Assembly (NCBI GenBank): GCA_038253825.1
Contig: JBBSGT010000005.1
Location: 1 to 54,177 of the forward strand
Direction: 5' to 3'
Length of the DNA stretch: 54,177 nt
Source of the DNA: Candidatus Levyibacteriota bacterium
GTDB taxonomy: Bacteria > Patescibacteriota > Microgenomatia > Levybacterales > UBA12049
Part shown: one piece after another, positions 1 through 9,870 of the stretch
Layout of the letters: each line of letters begins with the position of its first letter
How positions within the stretch are numbered: the stretch's first letter is position 1
The notes under the pieces: generated by a model
Database searches by the model: none
What the model was told of the DNA's origin: nothing
The model's input: the letters and a program-made list of their open reading frames with translations, nothing else
Position numbers and translations under genes: made by a program

Positions 1-96
1 GCAATCCGGCAATACACACTCCGCATACCCAACCAGCCTGAAGCTGAAGTTTTCTCCCAGCTAACACCTCTCCAGGAACAGCTTATGGGGCTCTAG
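1..96 (+). CDS. possible 3' end of a CDS entering the window (..QLTPLQEQLMGL*)
   Basis: Frame 1 is open from base 1 to TAG at 94-96 and converges on the DMT gene; no recognisable motif. Confidence 0.35.
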   Translation, partial: AIRQYTLRIPNQPEAEVFSQLTPLQEQLMGL

Positions 97-133
97 GCAT
101 CAATAGTTGTTTTGGGGTACCTAAACCGTGAAG

Positions 134-1012
134 TCAGGACGCCCATACACCTATCAACACAACAAGCGCCCCGAATAATTCTACCGGCACAATAAGTTCT
201 TGATAAAATACAAAACCGAGAACCGGTGCAAAAACATTTTCTAAAAGCAGTAATTGAGAAGCGGCAACTGCGTTGAGATGCTGGTAACCGAAATTTTGCA
301 ACGTGGCCGCAATGACATTTAAAATACCTCCCAAGACTAGACCACCTAATGCTATACTATTGCCAAAACTTCTAACATCCACCTTTTCTCCGGCAATCAT
401 CGCACAGACAAATGAAGTGAGAAACGCAAAAGCCATCACGACTGTCGCGATTTCAGTATTGTTTAACTGCTTTGAGAGAAATTTTCTCCCTAACACATAT
501 ATGCCAGCTCCTATTGCATACAAAAGCACATCCAATTCACCAATACCAAAATGACTAAAAACTGGTACCAACGATTTTGTCGCAAGGACGCAGACACCAT
601 AAAAGGAAAGGAGGAGGAAAAAGAACAATTTGGTTTTTAAGCGTTTCTGAAGGAAAATAATGCTGAAGAGAAAGACAAAAAATGGTGTGGTAGATCCAAT
701 GATAGCAATGTTCAGAAGCTTTGTATGCAATGCCCCCAGCGTTACAAAAATAACTGCCAATCCATAACCCAGTGAACCCATGACAAAAAGGATGAGCCAA
801 TCACGATGTGAGATAACTTTTATTTTTTTGTAGCTTATTGACCGCGAGAAGAAAAGTAGTAGTAATAAAAACCCCAATCCAATACGCAAATACACCTGTG
901 TCATCGGCGCAAATGCGACGCTCATCATTCGCACCGAGATATTAAGTACTGTATAGCTTAGTGCGACAAGACAAATTGCTCCAATTGCTTTCTTTTTTAC
1001 CGAAAGATTCAT
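134..1012 (-). CDS. DMT/EamA family transporter
   Basis: 292 aa, about 10 hydrophobic segments in two EamA-like halves; TGG-TATACT 6 nt before ATG. Confidence 0.85.
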   Translation of the reverse strand: MNLSVKKKAIGAICLVALSYTVLNISVRMMSVAFAPMTQVYLRIGLGFLLLLLFFSRSISYKKIKVISHRDWLILFVMGSLGYGLAVIFVTLGALHTKLLNIAIIGSTTPFFVFLFSIIFLQKRLKTKLFFFLLLSFYGVCVLATKSLVPVFSHFGIGELDVLLYAIGAGIYVLGRKFLSKQLNNTEIATVVMAFAFLTSFVCAMIAGEKVDVRSFGNSIALGGLVLGGILNVIAATLQNFGYQHLNAVAASQLLLLENVFAPVLGFVFYQELIVPVELFGALVVLIGVWAS

Positions 1013-1052
1013 GGCTTTAGTATACCAGCTTACCTTTTATAAACATGAGTTT

Positions 1053-1070
1053 TCTTATAGAACTCTTACA
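1053..1070 (+). promoter_or_regulatory. TCTTAYA-N4-TCTTAYA direct repeat (putative operator)
   Basis: tcttata-gaac-tcttaca, 11-bp period; similar motifs at 13902, 21113 and 35313. Confidence 0.45.
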
Positions 1071-1113
1071 TTATCCTCTATACTTTCTTGTTCGTGACTG
1101 TTAAGCTTTACGC

Positions 1114-1848
1114 ATGAAGCAGCAAGCAACCATTTTTGCCGACCAAGACAATAAAGTAGAAAATCCCACAGAGCGAGTACAAAATAAAGATTCTGTTTCT
1201 CTCTCACGCGATGAATATAAAGAAATTATTAAAGAAGCCTACAAAGAAGGTGCTAAGGAGGCTACACAAAAAAATGACAAAGATCAAGAACCACCACCAC
1301 AACAACAAGATGATACGAGTGTAAATGAAACGTATGTAGAAAAAAAATCTCATCATGAAAAAGAAGGCAGGAAAGAAGCAGTAAAGAGTGAAGCACAAAA
1401 AATGGAAGAGAATAAACAACGGGTTAAAGCTATAACTGAACGCCAAGATATACAACTATTACGCGTTAAAACTCGATTTCCTTATAATCTTTTCCCTGAT
1501 ACGATCATCATTGATACAACGAAGGTAACAATTAGTAAAAAACAGTTTTTCTGGACGGAATCTATCACGACTATTCCCTTAAAAGATCTTTCTGACGTAA
1601 CAGTCCAAACTGCCTTGTTTGTGGCAAGTATTAGCATTAAATATATGCCACAAGCCTCAAGTCCAGGGATGCTTGAACCGGTTGTAGAATCAGTTACTTC
1701 CCTTCGACGTGAAGATGCCATACGTGCTAAAAATATTTTGAAAGGTGCACTCGTTGCGAAAGCCGAAGAAATAGATATCGCAAAGCTTTCACCGGATGAG
1801 GTAAAAACAGTAATCGAAAAATTCGGACAAAATGATGGGATCGAATAA
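1114..1848 (+). CDS. hypothetical protein with charged N-terminus and C-terminal bacterial PH-like domain
   Basis: C-terminal 'FPDTIIIDTTKVTISKKQFFWTESITTIPLKDLSDVTV' resembles bPH folds. Confidence 0.65.
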   Translation: MKQQATIFADQDNKVENPTERVQNKDSVSLSRDEYKEIIKEAYKEGAKEATQKNDKDQEPPPQQQDDTSVNETYVEKKSHHEKEGRKEAVKSEAQKMEENKQRVKAITERQDIQLLRVKTRFPYNLFPDTIIIDTTKVTISKKQFFWTESITTIPLKDLSDVTVQTALFVASISIKYMPQASSPGMLEPVVESVTSLRREDAIRAKNILKGALVAKAEEIDIAKLSPDEVKTVIEKFGQNDGIE

Positions 1849-1868
1849 AACCATGCTACAATAGATGC

Positions 1869-2897
1869 ATGCACATACGACCAATTACCCCGCAAGACCG
1901 TGCCTCATATAACAAGATTGTCTCTCATCCATTACAGAGTTACGAATGGGGTGAATTTCGTGTCAAATCCGGCATAAAAGTTATCCGCCGAGGCATTTTT
2001 GCGGATAACAAACTCACTGCTGCTTTCCAATTAACCATTCACAAAATTCCCCATACCCCGTACACCATCGGGTATCTTCCAAAAGGCGAACTGCCAAACA
2101 AAGAAGTTATTGTTGAGCTTAAAAAAATTGGAAAAGAAGAGAAGTGCATTTTTATTCAGCTCGAACCAAATGTTATAAAATCCGTCAATGGAGCGCCGCA
2201 AACAAAGAGTAAATGGGATCTAAAAGAGCTTATTCCTGCAGCTCATCCACTTTTTACGCAGTATACGTTTGTCCTGGATCTTACCAAAACAGAAGATGAA
2301 CTTTTGCAAAATATGCATCAAAAATCCCGCTACAACATCAAAGTTGCCAAAAAGCATGAAGTAGAAGTTAAATTAGAAGAGACAGAAAAAGCTTTCAAAC
2401 AATATTGGCAGTTAACAGAAGAAACAACAAGACGACAGGGATTTTATGCACATACAAAACACTACCATCAATTGCAGTGGGAAACCTTTGGACACGATAC
2501 CGACTCGAAAAAACTTACCACGCATCTTTTTACGGCAACCTATGACAAAAAGGTTTTAACGACACTCCTCTTTTTTGTCTTTCACGATACGCTCTATTAT
2601 CCTTATGGAGCATCAAGCAATGTGCATCGTAATGTCATGCACTCAAATCTTGCGATGTGGGAAGGCATTCGTTTTGGACAGAAATTAGGACTGAAAAAAT
2701 TTGATATGTGGGGCGCCATGGAACCAAATCCGGATACCAAAGATCCATGGTTTGGCTTTCACAATTTCAAACAAAAATTTGGCCCAGACCACGTGGAATT
2801 CATCGGGAGTTATGATTTGGTAATTAACCCGTTACTTTATCAGGGATATAAGGTTGCTGATAAATTGAGGTGGTTATACCTGCATTTGAAAAAATAA
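1869..2897 (+). CDS. FemAB/FemX family peptidoglycan bridge aminoacyltransferase
   Basis: HPLQSYEWGEF, KSRYNIKVAKK, YYPYGAS, FDMWG and FKQKFG motifs. Confidence 0.92.
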   Translation: MHIRPITPQDRASYNKIVSHPLQSYEWGEFRVKSGIKVIRRGIFADNKLTAAFQLTIHKIPHTPYTIGYLPKGELPNKEVIVELKKIGKEEKCIFIQLEPNVIKSVNGAPQTKSKWDLKELIPAAHPLFTQYTFVLDLTKTEDELLQNMHQKSRYNIKVAKKHEVEVKLEETEKAFKQYWQLTEETTRRQGFYAHTKHYHQLQWETFGHDTDSKKLTTHLFTATYDKKVLTTLLFFVFHDTLYYPYGASSNVHRNVMHSNLAMWEGIRFGQKLGLKKFDMWGAMEPNPDTKDPWFGFHNFKQKFGPDHVEFIGSYDLVINPLLYQGYKVADKLRWLYLHLKK

Positions 2898-2902
2898 ATT
2901 CT

Positions 2903-3442
2903 TTATTCTTTATTCTTCTTATGCTTGGGTATTTCGTAAACATACACCTCATTTTTCTTATCTTCTGCAATAAGGGGTAAATCGATTTTATAGACAAAAG
3001 TCACTATTCGGGTTCCGGGTTTTAGTTCTTTTATGAGTTTCGGTTTGAGGCGTGCTAAGGTTTTGGGAATAAGATACATAACGACAACCGTTGCGTCCGA
3101 TATATCCATGGCAAAAAAATCTTTGCGTTGGACAGTAATCTTACTTTGTAATTTTTTCAACCACACTCGACACTTTGCAATAAATACTCGAGACGGATCA
3201 ATCTCAACGCCAACTCCTCTCGCGCCATATTCTGTTGCTGCGGTAATCAACAACGTCCCATCTCCGCAGCCTAAATCATAAACCACGTCGCTCTTTTTTA
3301 TTCTTGCCAGCTTGCATTGAATAGATGCGATCTGATGATCTGTCCGCCACCACGGTGACCAGGGACTATCAGGTGGCCACAACATTGAGAGGAGAAAAAG
3401 CAGAATGACAATAATAATCGCGCAGATAATAAGAACGAACAT
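2903..3442 (-). CDS. membrane-anchored class I SAM-dependent methyltransferase
   Basis: N-terminal TM helix; YDLGCGDG motif I, GVEID, VVVMYL. Confidence 0.88.
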   Translation of the reverse strand: MFVLIICAIIIVILLFLLSMLWPPDSPWSPWWRTDHQIASIQCKLARIKKSDVVYDLGCGDGTLLITAATEYGARGVGVEIDPSRVFIAKCRVWLKKLQSKITVQRKDFFAMDISDATVVVMYLIPKTLARLKPKLIKELKPGTRIVTFVYKIDLPLIAEDKKNEVYVYEIPKHKKNKE

Positions 3443-3448
3443 AAAAAT

Positions 3449-3571
3449 TTAGTGGACAACCACTTGTCCAGCATGGGAAGCAAATATATGTTTAATAGAA
3501 ATAAATCCAAAGAAGAAAATTATAATGGATAAAGCAAGAAGCGCGCTGATAGGTTCTATTCTTATTTTCAC
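3449..3571 (-). CDS. small single-TM protein, 40 aa (not in ORF track)
   Basis: GTG start, MKIRIEPISALLALSIIIFFFGFISIKHIFASHAGQVVVH*; fills the intergenic gap and stops 6 nt before the methyltransferase ATG. Confidence 0.5.
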   Translation of the reverse strand: MKIRIEPISALLALSIIIFFFGFISIKHIFASHAGQVVVH

Positions 3572-3625
3572 TGTATATTTTAATAATCAAGTATTTTAGT
3601 CATTTTGTCAATGATAAAATAATTT

Positions 3626-5387
3626 TCAACTACCGGGAATAGTAGTAATTTTAACCTCAATTGGCTGATTATTGGTTATTTTGTACTGATAGAATGCATT
3701 AGTATAGTTTGGATTGAGATGATAAGCGTTATTGATTGCTGCTTTGGCATCATCAATATCCTTTTGTCTATATGCTTCAATTGCAAGATACAGCCATAAC
3801 TTATCATCATTCGGATATTTCTTCAGGATATTTGTGAGTAATGCACTATTGTCTTTCGGATTTCCGCTGACCAAGGTTAATCCTCCTAAATTCTCATAAG
3901 TCATATAAAAATCTCCATATTTCAAGGCTTGTAAATATGTCTCTTTTGCTTTTTTATAGTTTTTCTCATTTGTATATATTGTTCCCAATGTATTGATATT
4001 TGTATAGAAAGGAAAATCACTTATTGATTTTTCTGCATATATTTTAGCTTCCTTAAATCTTTCTTGTCTTGTGAGATTTATGCTCACCATATTTTCCAGA
4101 TAATAGTTATTATGAGAAACTGTACTGTCGTGAGACACTAAGGTAAACTCATCCCGCCAATCAAAACTTCTTGCAAAAGTTCGTGCACTAAATATAAGAA
4201 TGAGAATTACCATAAGCGTTATTGCGAATGCCTTATGAACTTTACTAGTTGCAACACTTAAAACAACCCCAAGCATGCCAAGGACTCCCACAATAGGGAA
4301 ATAAAACCATCGTTCCGCAACGGTTGCATCCAGAGGAAATAATTGCAGATGGAGACATATACCAACGAAAAACCATCCTAAGAAAAAAGTATACAGTTTA
4401 AAATAGGTATGCATTCTTTTTTTGTAGAGTATAAACGCGATTGCTATCAGCAAAGCAATAACCAATAGATCAATACATAAGGGGAGGAAAAAATTGGCAA
4501 ACCCTATCTGAATGTAAACCCACTGGTAGGATGAGGAAAGATAAAGTGGGTAAATAAATTGTTTAATGTAAAATAAAAACATCGGTGGAATATTGATTAA
4601 CCGTTCTGAGAGACTGAGCCTGTCTATTGGGGCACTTGCAGCCTTAGAAAGCATTCCTATCGCATTTAGTCGTAACAAAACATAACAAACAAATAGACAG
4701 ACAGAAGATAGAAGCATGAACTTAAAATATTTAGGTTTAAATAAGTAAGAATAGATAATTGAAGTAACGATAAAGACGATACCCGTTTCCTTGGATAACA
4801 AAGAAAAAAATAAAGAAACTATTACCAAAACAAGCGCCTTCTTTGATTTAATAATTGTTAGTAGATAAAATGCTATAATACCAAAGAAGAAAAACAAAAT
4901 ATCTTGAGCATCAGCAATATAGAATACTGTTTCAGAGTTGATTGGATGGATTAAAAAGACAAGGCTTAAAAAGAAAGCTATAGAATTCTTAAAAAATCTT
5001 TTGAAAAGAAGAAATACGAAGCATGTATTAATAATATGGAGAAGCAATTGAAAAAAATGGAATGCAAAGGGAGTTGCACCAAAAAAAGTATAGATAAGTG
5101 AAAAAAAGGTTGTTAGTAAAGGTTTGTAATATACTCCAGTAAGACTGGTTGCTCCTCCGTTATAGAACGTACTACCTGTGAAAAAACTGAAAATATTAAC
5201 TATTGAATGGACATATACATTATCAACAATCTGTTGCGTATCATCCAAAACAAAACCATTAAAAAGCATATTTGCATAAACAATTAATCCAATAAAGATT
5301 ATCCAGTGAATTGCTTTAGAAGTCGTTACGGGGAAAAAATAGGCTTCTCAAAGAAAAATCAGATTCCTGCTGCTCATAAGAGGACAT
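3626..5387 (-). CDS. TMTC-like GT-C protein O-glycosyltransferase with TPRs; 5' end carries a 1-nt frameshift at 5330-5339
   Basis: NGFVLDD, YYKPL, HPINSETV, SKET, AERWFYFP and C-terminal TPR-like helices. ATG 5387 is one base out of frame with the first TM helix. Confidence 0.8.
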
Positions 5388-5530
5388 GCTACTATGATAG
5401 TATACTCACCGATTGAATTACAATGAACAGGCAGATATCAAATAAACTAGACAAATTTTCTCATTATTCTGGAGGATAAATGTACCAACAAGCGTGCAGT
5501 TGCAACACTTTGAGAGGCTAAATGAGATAG

Positions 5531-5851
5531 CTAATAACCTATTATTTTCCCAATAATTTCGCTCCGCCTTATCATACCAAATTCTCGGCTATCTGTGCTG
5601 TAGTGCTTGTTATCTCCGATGACAAAATAGTGCTGGTTTTCTATTTTGGTGATCCGTTTTATCAGCACTTTTCCATCTCGCGGATCTTTTAGGGCAACTC
5701 CATCTCCTACTTTGGGTTTATGAAACATATAAGCTAAGCGGTTCACCAAAACATGATCGCCATCCAGCAGAGTAGGGAACATACTATTACCTAATATGCT
5801 GTAGTTGTAAATTGGAAAGTAAAAAAAAATCTTTTTGAAGAAATGGATCAC
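5531..5851 (-). CDS. sodX: nickel SOD maturation peptidase (S26 family)
   Basis: GNSMFPTL, LIKRI, GDN..STDSREFG; overlaps the sodN stop codon. Confidence 0.85.
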   Translation of the reverse strand: MIHFFKKIFFYFPIYNYSILGNSMFPTLLDGDHVLVNRLAYMFHKPKVGDGVALKDPRDGKVLIKRITKIENQHYFVIGDNKHYSTDSREFGMIRRSEIIGKIIGY

Positions 5852-6261
5852 TTTGCTGCTTTTGTTTTATTAAAAATATCAGTAATTTCTGTTATGAGAT
5901 CGAGCAATTTCTGTCCCTCCGCAGGATCAACTGTTTTCTTTGTCTGTCCTGCTTGTTTGGTAGCTCGCCAGAAAAGATCGTGAAGGTCTGGAAATTTTTC
6001 TAGGTGTTCCGGCTTGAAGTAATCTGTCCAAAGAACCCATAAATGATGTTTTACCAGTTCTGCCCTTTCTTCCTTAATAAAAATCGCTCTGATCTTTTGG
6101 TCTTCCTCATGAAGATCTGCATACTTTTTCATAATCATATGCACACTTTCTGCTTCAATTCTTGCCTGTGCCGGATCATAAATGCCACAAGGAAGATCAC
6201 AATGGGCATAGGCTGTCTGGGTGGGAAGAAATTTTGCGAAGAAGGCAATTATTACGTTCAT
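5848..6261 (-). CDS. sodN: nickel superoxide dismutase precursor
   Basis: Ni-hook HCDLPCGIYDP after a short pro-peptide; VLWTDYFKP; start placed at ATG 6261. Confidence 0.96.
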   Translation of the reverse strand: MNVIIAFFAKFLPTQTAYAHCDLPCGIYDPAQARIEAESVHMIMKKYADLHEEDQKIRAIFIKEERAELVKHHLWVLWTDYFKPEHLEKFPDLHDLFWRATKQAGQTKKTVDPAEGQKLLDLITEITDIFNKTKAAK

Positions 6262-6322
6262 TATGATGATAATACTGCTTTGCCGAAAAGATTGCAAGTT
6301 ATAAATCAGTAAGAAACCTTGG

Positions 6323-6934
6323 TTACCTTTGGGTTGCTAGGGTATTTGCCAATTTATCGGCTCGTTCGTTATTCGGATCCCCTGAATGTCCTAAGACTTT
6401 TACATATTCCACAGACAAACCATTATCGGCAATTGTCTGAGCAATACTATGGAAAATCTCTGCATTTTGTTTGACTTTGTCAGGAGTTTTTTGCAAATTA
6501 AAGAGACTGATTTGGCTGTCTGTATAGAGTTTAACTCTTTTATGTCCCTTTTCTGCTGCCCATACCAACGCGTTATAAATTGCCAGACCTTCCGCTACAT
6601 TATTCGTCTGCTTTCCCTCAACTCGTCCGGCCCGCTCAGTTTTGCCACTGACAAATGCCCATGCCGCTCTCGCATTCGGTGTCCCATTGGAGACGCATGC
6701 CCCATCAGTCCAAATCTCCGCATCAAAAGCCGCGGAATTTGTGTTCAATGAGCCCAAAAATAGGGGAGTGGTTTGAGCATTCATAACTTTAAATTCATCA
6801 CTGTGATACAATTTGCGACAATTATTGCAGTAATAGTATGCAGAATAATAATAAGGCTTTTTTAATTGTTCAGCAGTTCGTTTGGTTAATTTTTTTACCA
6901 AAGGTGATCCACAATTTTTACAAATATCACTCAT
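6323..6934 (-). CDS. rnhA: ribonuclease HI with N-terminal zinc ribbon
   Basis: WTDGAC, TNNVAE, YTDS, GHSG..NERAD catalytic residues; N-terminal CKNC...CNNC. Confidence 0.88.
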   Translation of the reverse strand: MSDICKNCGSPLVKKLTKRTAEQLKKPYYYSAYYYCNNCRKLYHSDEFKVMNAQTTPLFLGSLNTNSAAFDAEIWTDGACVSNGTPNARAAWAFVSGKTERAGRVEGKQTNNVAEGLAIYNALVWAAEKGHKRVKLYTDSQISLFNLQKTPDKVKQNAEIFHSIAQTIADNGLSVEYVKVLGHSGDPNNERADKLANTLATQR

Positions 6935-7005
6935 AATTTATCATGTACCTTCCCAATTTCCAACCATTATACCATTGAATTGTGACGAACAGGGGAGATT
7001 GAAAC

Positions 7006-7908
7006 TTAAAGAACATTCTTCTCACCTTTTTCTTTAAAATGAACAACTGACAAAAATATGAGTCCTCCTAATATAAGGATAACTCCTATATATTGCTGCA
7101 GTATTGGAACTTCTTTCAGAAAAAGGATGGATGCGGAAAAAGCCACAATGACCGAAAAAGGCATTATTGCAGTTACTTTTGCTAACGCTAATCTTCTTAA
7201 CGCCTGATAAGCAAGAAACATATCTAAAAAAGTGTAGAAACCAAATAAAAGCATAGAAGTATCATTTTTAGATGAAAAGAGTTCTTTATATGCAGAATGA
7301 TGTATGCCTAATGCAATACTGGTAACTAACAACCCACCATAAAAAAGTCTCGCTGCAGGAACGATATTGGTATTTTTTAATTTGGGTAATACTTTCTTTG
7401 CAAAAAGATGAGACGTCTGAAAGAACAATAACGCAATAAGAATAAATATATCCCCAAGGTTTATTCCACTTACACCCTTAAAAACCACCACCCCAGCTCC
7501 GAGAACCATAAGCAGTGTACCGATTAATTGGCCTCTCCCGATTATTTCATTAAGAAAGATACTGCTCAGGATGAGAGAATAAATAGGTTCCAATTGGAGT
7601 AAAAGACTCGTATTGATACCACTTGTTAAGCTTGCCCCAGTAAAGAAGAACGACATGCCGATGCCACTGAAAACAGCTACTCCCAGAAGATAAAAGAGAT
7701 ATTTTTTGCGATAGATCTCTCTCATCTCGTTTTTAACCCCAAGATACAGCAAGAGAGGAAGAGACCCAATAAGCATCGTTATCCCACCAAAAAGAAGCGG
7801 ATCTATGGTAATAACGAAATAATGAGAGAAAACGGGAAAGAGACCATAGGTAATTGCTGCCAGAATTGCAATAAAAAACCCCTCTGAATGATCATTACGA
7901 ATAGCCAT
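7006..7908 (-). CDS. DMT/EamA family transporter
   Basis: 300 aa, about 10 TM segments, duplicated EamA pattern (LEPIYSLILSSIFLNE; SILFLKE). Confidence 0.88.
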   Translation of the reverse strand: MAIRNDHSEGFFIAILAAITYGLFPVFSHYFVITIDPLLFGGITMLIGSLPLLLYLGVKNEMREIYRKKYLFYLLGVAVFSGIGMSFFFTGASLTSGINTSLLLQLEPIYSLILSSIFLNEIIGRGQLIGTLLMVLGAGVVVFKGVSGINLGDIFILIALLFFQTSHLFAKKVLPKLKNTNIVPAARLFYGGLLVTSIALGIHHSAYKELFSSKNDTSMLLFGFYTFLDMFLAYQALRRLALAKVTAIMPFSVIVAFSASILFLKEVPILQQYIGVILILGGLIFLSVVHFKEKGEKNVL

Positions 7909-7915
7909 ATTGTTA

Positions 7916-8796
7916 TTATATGACTATTTTCCCATCTTTTACAGAAGGGTTATTAACATCTCCTGGTTTTATTGTTCCTTCAACAATTCGCAATGCGACT
8001 TCATCAACAAGTTTCTCTTCAATTGCACGTCGCAGCGGTCTTGCACCAAAGACCGGATCATGCCCAACTTCAGCAAAATATATCGCGAGATCGTCATTCA
8101 TTCTTAATGAAATATTATTTTTAGCCATTCGTTCTTTGACCAATTCCACTTGTTGTTGGGTGATTTAGACCAAATCTTTCGGTGTAAGGGGATTGTAGAT
8201 AACCACTGAATCAAGTCTGTTAAGAAATTCCGGTTTGAAATGAGTATGCAATATTTCCCACGCCTTTCTTTCAGTTTCTTCAACAGCTTTGATAACACCT
8301 TTGAGTCGTTCTTCAAATTCACCTCGAAATTTGGCACCGGCCAAAAGTAAAGCAAAGTCTAAGACAATAACTTCTTTATCACGTAGGGGAGTGGGTACTG
8401 ATTGTTCAATAATTTTTTGGGCAAGTCATTGGACAATTGCTATTTTTCCAATACTCGGATCACCGAGTAAAAGGGGATTATTTTTAGTGCGGTGGGAGAG
8501 GATTTCCATAATCCTGCGTATTTCAACTTCACGCCCAACAACGGAGCCAATCTTACCAGCTATCACGTCTTCTGTAAGATTTATAGTAAATTTCTTTATG
8601 ATTCTTGGAGCCAAACTGGTTTTAGCAGATATTGTAGAATGCCTATACTGCCCTATTTCAGAATTAGCATTTAAGCTTATCTGGTGCTAAATATGTCGTC
8701 TTATAGGATTTATCGAACTGGTGCTGAAAAGACACTAAAAAATGAACCAAGAATAAGTTTAATTTGTTTGTCAAAAAATGTCATAAACTCTTTCAT
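7916..8796 (-). pseudogene. ClpB/ClpC AAA+ ATPase pseudogene with large internal deletion
   Basis: One frame reads [42 protein letters not shown], then directly [21 protein letters not shown]. Two in-frame stops and a degenerate Walker A; SD GAGGAGG before ATG 8796. Confidence 0.88.
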
Positions 8797-9024
8797 ATTC
8801 CCCTCCTCTCTTTATGATTATGTGCATCTAATAGTTTTTTGGTTATCTGTCATTACTGGGCGTTGGACCTTGCGGGTCGCTTCAGAATGGCTTTCTGATA
8901 ACCGTTCTTTTTAAGTAACATATCGTCACTAAAACCACTATAATGCTTGGGGCTAAGGAACGTGCAAAAAATGAGTAAGGATTGAGTAATGGATAATATC
9001 AAAGCCTTTGCGATTGATCTTTTC

Positions 9025-9053
9025 TTGCCATTCCTCCCCTATTTTTCTATACT
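9025..9053 (+). promoter_or_regulatory. sigma70-type promoter of mscS-mgtA
   Basis: TTGCCA-17 nt-TATACT, 11 nt before ATG 9065. Confidence 0.65.
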
Positions 9054-9064
9054 AGAGAAAGCTT

Positions 9065-9844
9065 ATGAATTTGCATGGACTTGCCCCAGATTCAGCATTA
9101 ATAAAAACGTTTTTACAAATCGGTCTCACACTGCTCATTGCCGTGTTGGCTGACAATATCCTGCGCTCATTGATCAGAGTTCCCAAACACTTTGACAATC
9201 GTAGCGCGAAAAACTTTGCAGCTTTTACAAAAAACTTTATCAGTATTGTCGTTTATATAATCTGTGGCTATATTATACTGACAATTTTTAAGTTTCCTCT
9301 TGGATCACTTTTAGCATCCGCATCAATTATTGGTGTAGTTATTGGTATTGGTGCCCGTTCTACCATTGAAGATTTTGTGAATGGACTTTTTTTGCTCTCT
9401 TCGGATTCCATGATTATAGGTGATTATATTAAAGTCGGCGAGACCGAAGGATATGTAGAAAGAATCAGCGCACGAACATTAGCTGTCAAAGACTTAGGTG
9501 GAGCTGTACATATTATCCCGAACGGTCAAATTAAAGAACTCATAAATTATTCCCGAAATAAAATTAATATACTTATCGACTTACCAGTAAAAACAAATCA
9601 AAATGTTGAGAAAGTATTAACTGCAGCTAACGAAGCGCTCCATGAGTTAAAAGAGGATCCTGAGTATATGGATTCACTATTCCCTGGTTCAGAAGTGAAT
9701 GGTATTGATGATTTTATTCAATTTGAAAAAATGACTGTACGAGTAACGCTTACCACTTATCCTGCCAGACGATGGGAAGTCGGAAGAAGATACCGCTATT
9801 TAGTTAAAAAAGCGTTTGAAAAACATAAATTGGCATTTGTCTAG
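9065..9844 (+). CDS. mscS: small-conductance mechanosensitive channel
   Basis: Three TM segments, GIGARSTIEDFVNGLF, IGDYI..GYVERI, IIPNGQI. Confidence 0.92.
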   Translation: MNLHGLAPDSALIKTFLQIGLTLLIAVLADNILRSLIRVPKHFDNRSAKNFAAFTKNFISIVVYIICGYIILTIFKFPLGSLLASASIIGVVIGIGARSTIEDFVNGLFLLSSDSMIIGDYIKVGETEGYVERISARTLAVKDLGGAVHIIPNGQIKELINYSRNKINILIDLPVKTNQNVEKVLTAANEALHELKEDPEYMDSLFPGSEVNGIDDFIQFEKMTVRVTLTTYPARRWEVGRRYRYLVKKAFEKHKLAFV

Positions 9845-9870
9845 AATCCTTCGACGAACCAAATACTACC

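Noticed and set aside
7916-8614. Stop-codon reassignment (code 4/25) or selenocysteine explaining the in-frame stops
   Set aside because: The interruptions include TAA and TAG as well as TGA, and TGA terminates intact genes such as sodN, nrdR and mutY.
9845-9870. M-box riboswitch or mgtL-type leader before mgtA
   Set aside because: Only 26 nt separate mscS and mgtA, and the mscS promoter leaves almost no leader.
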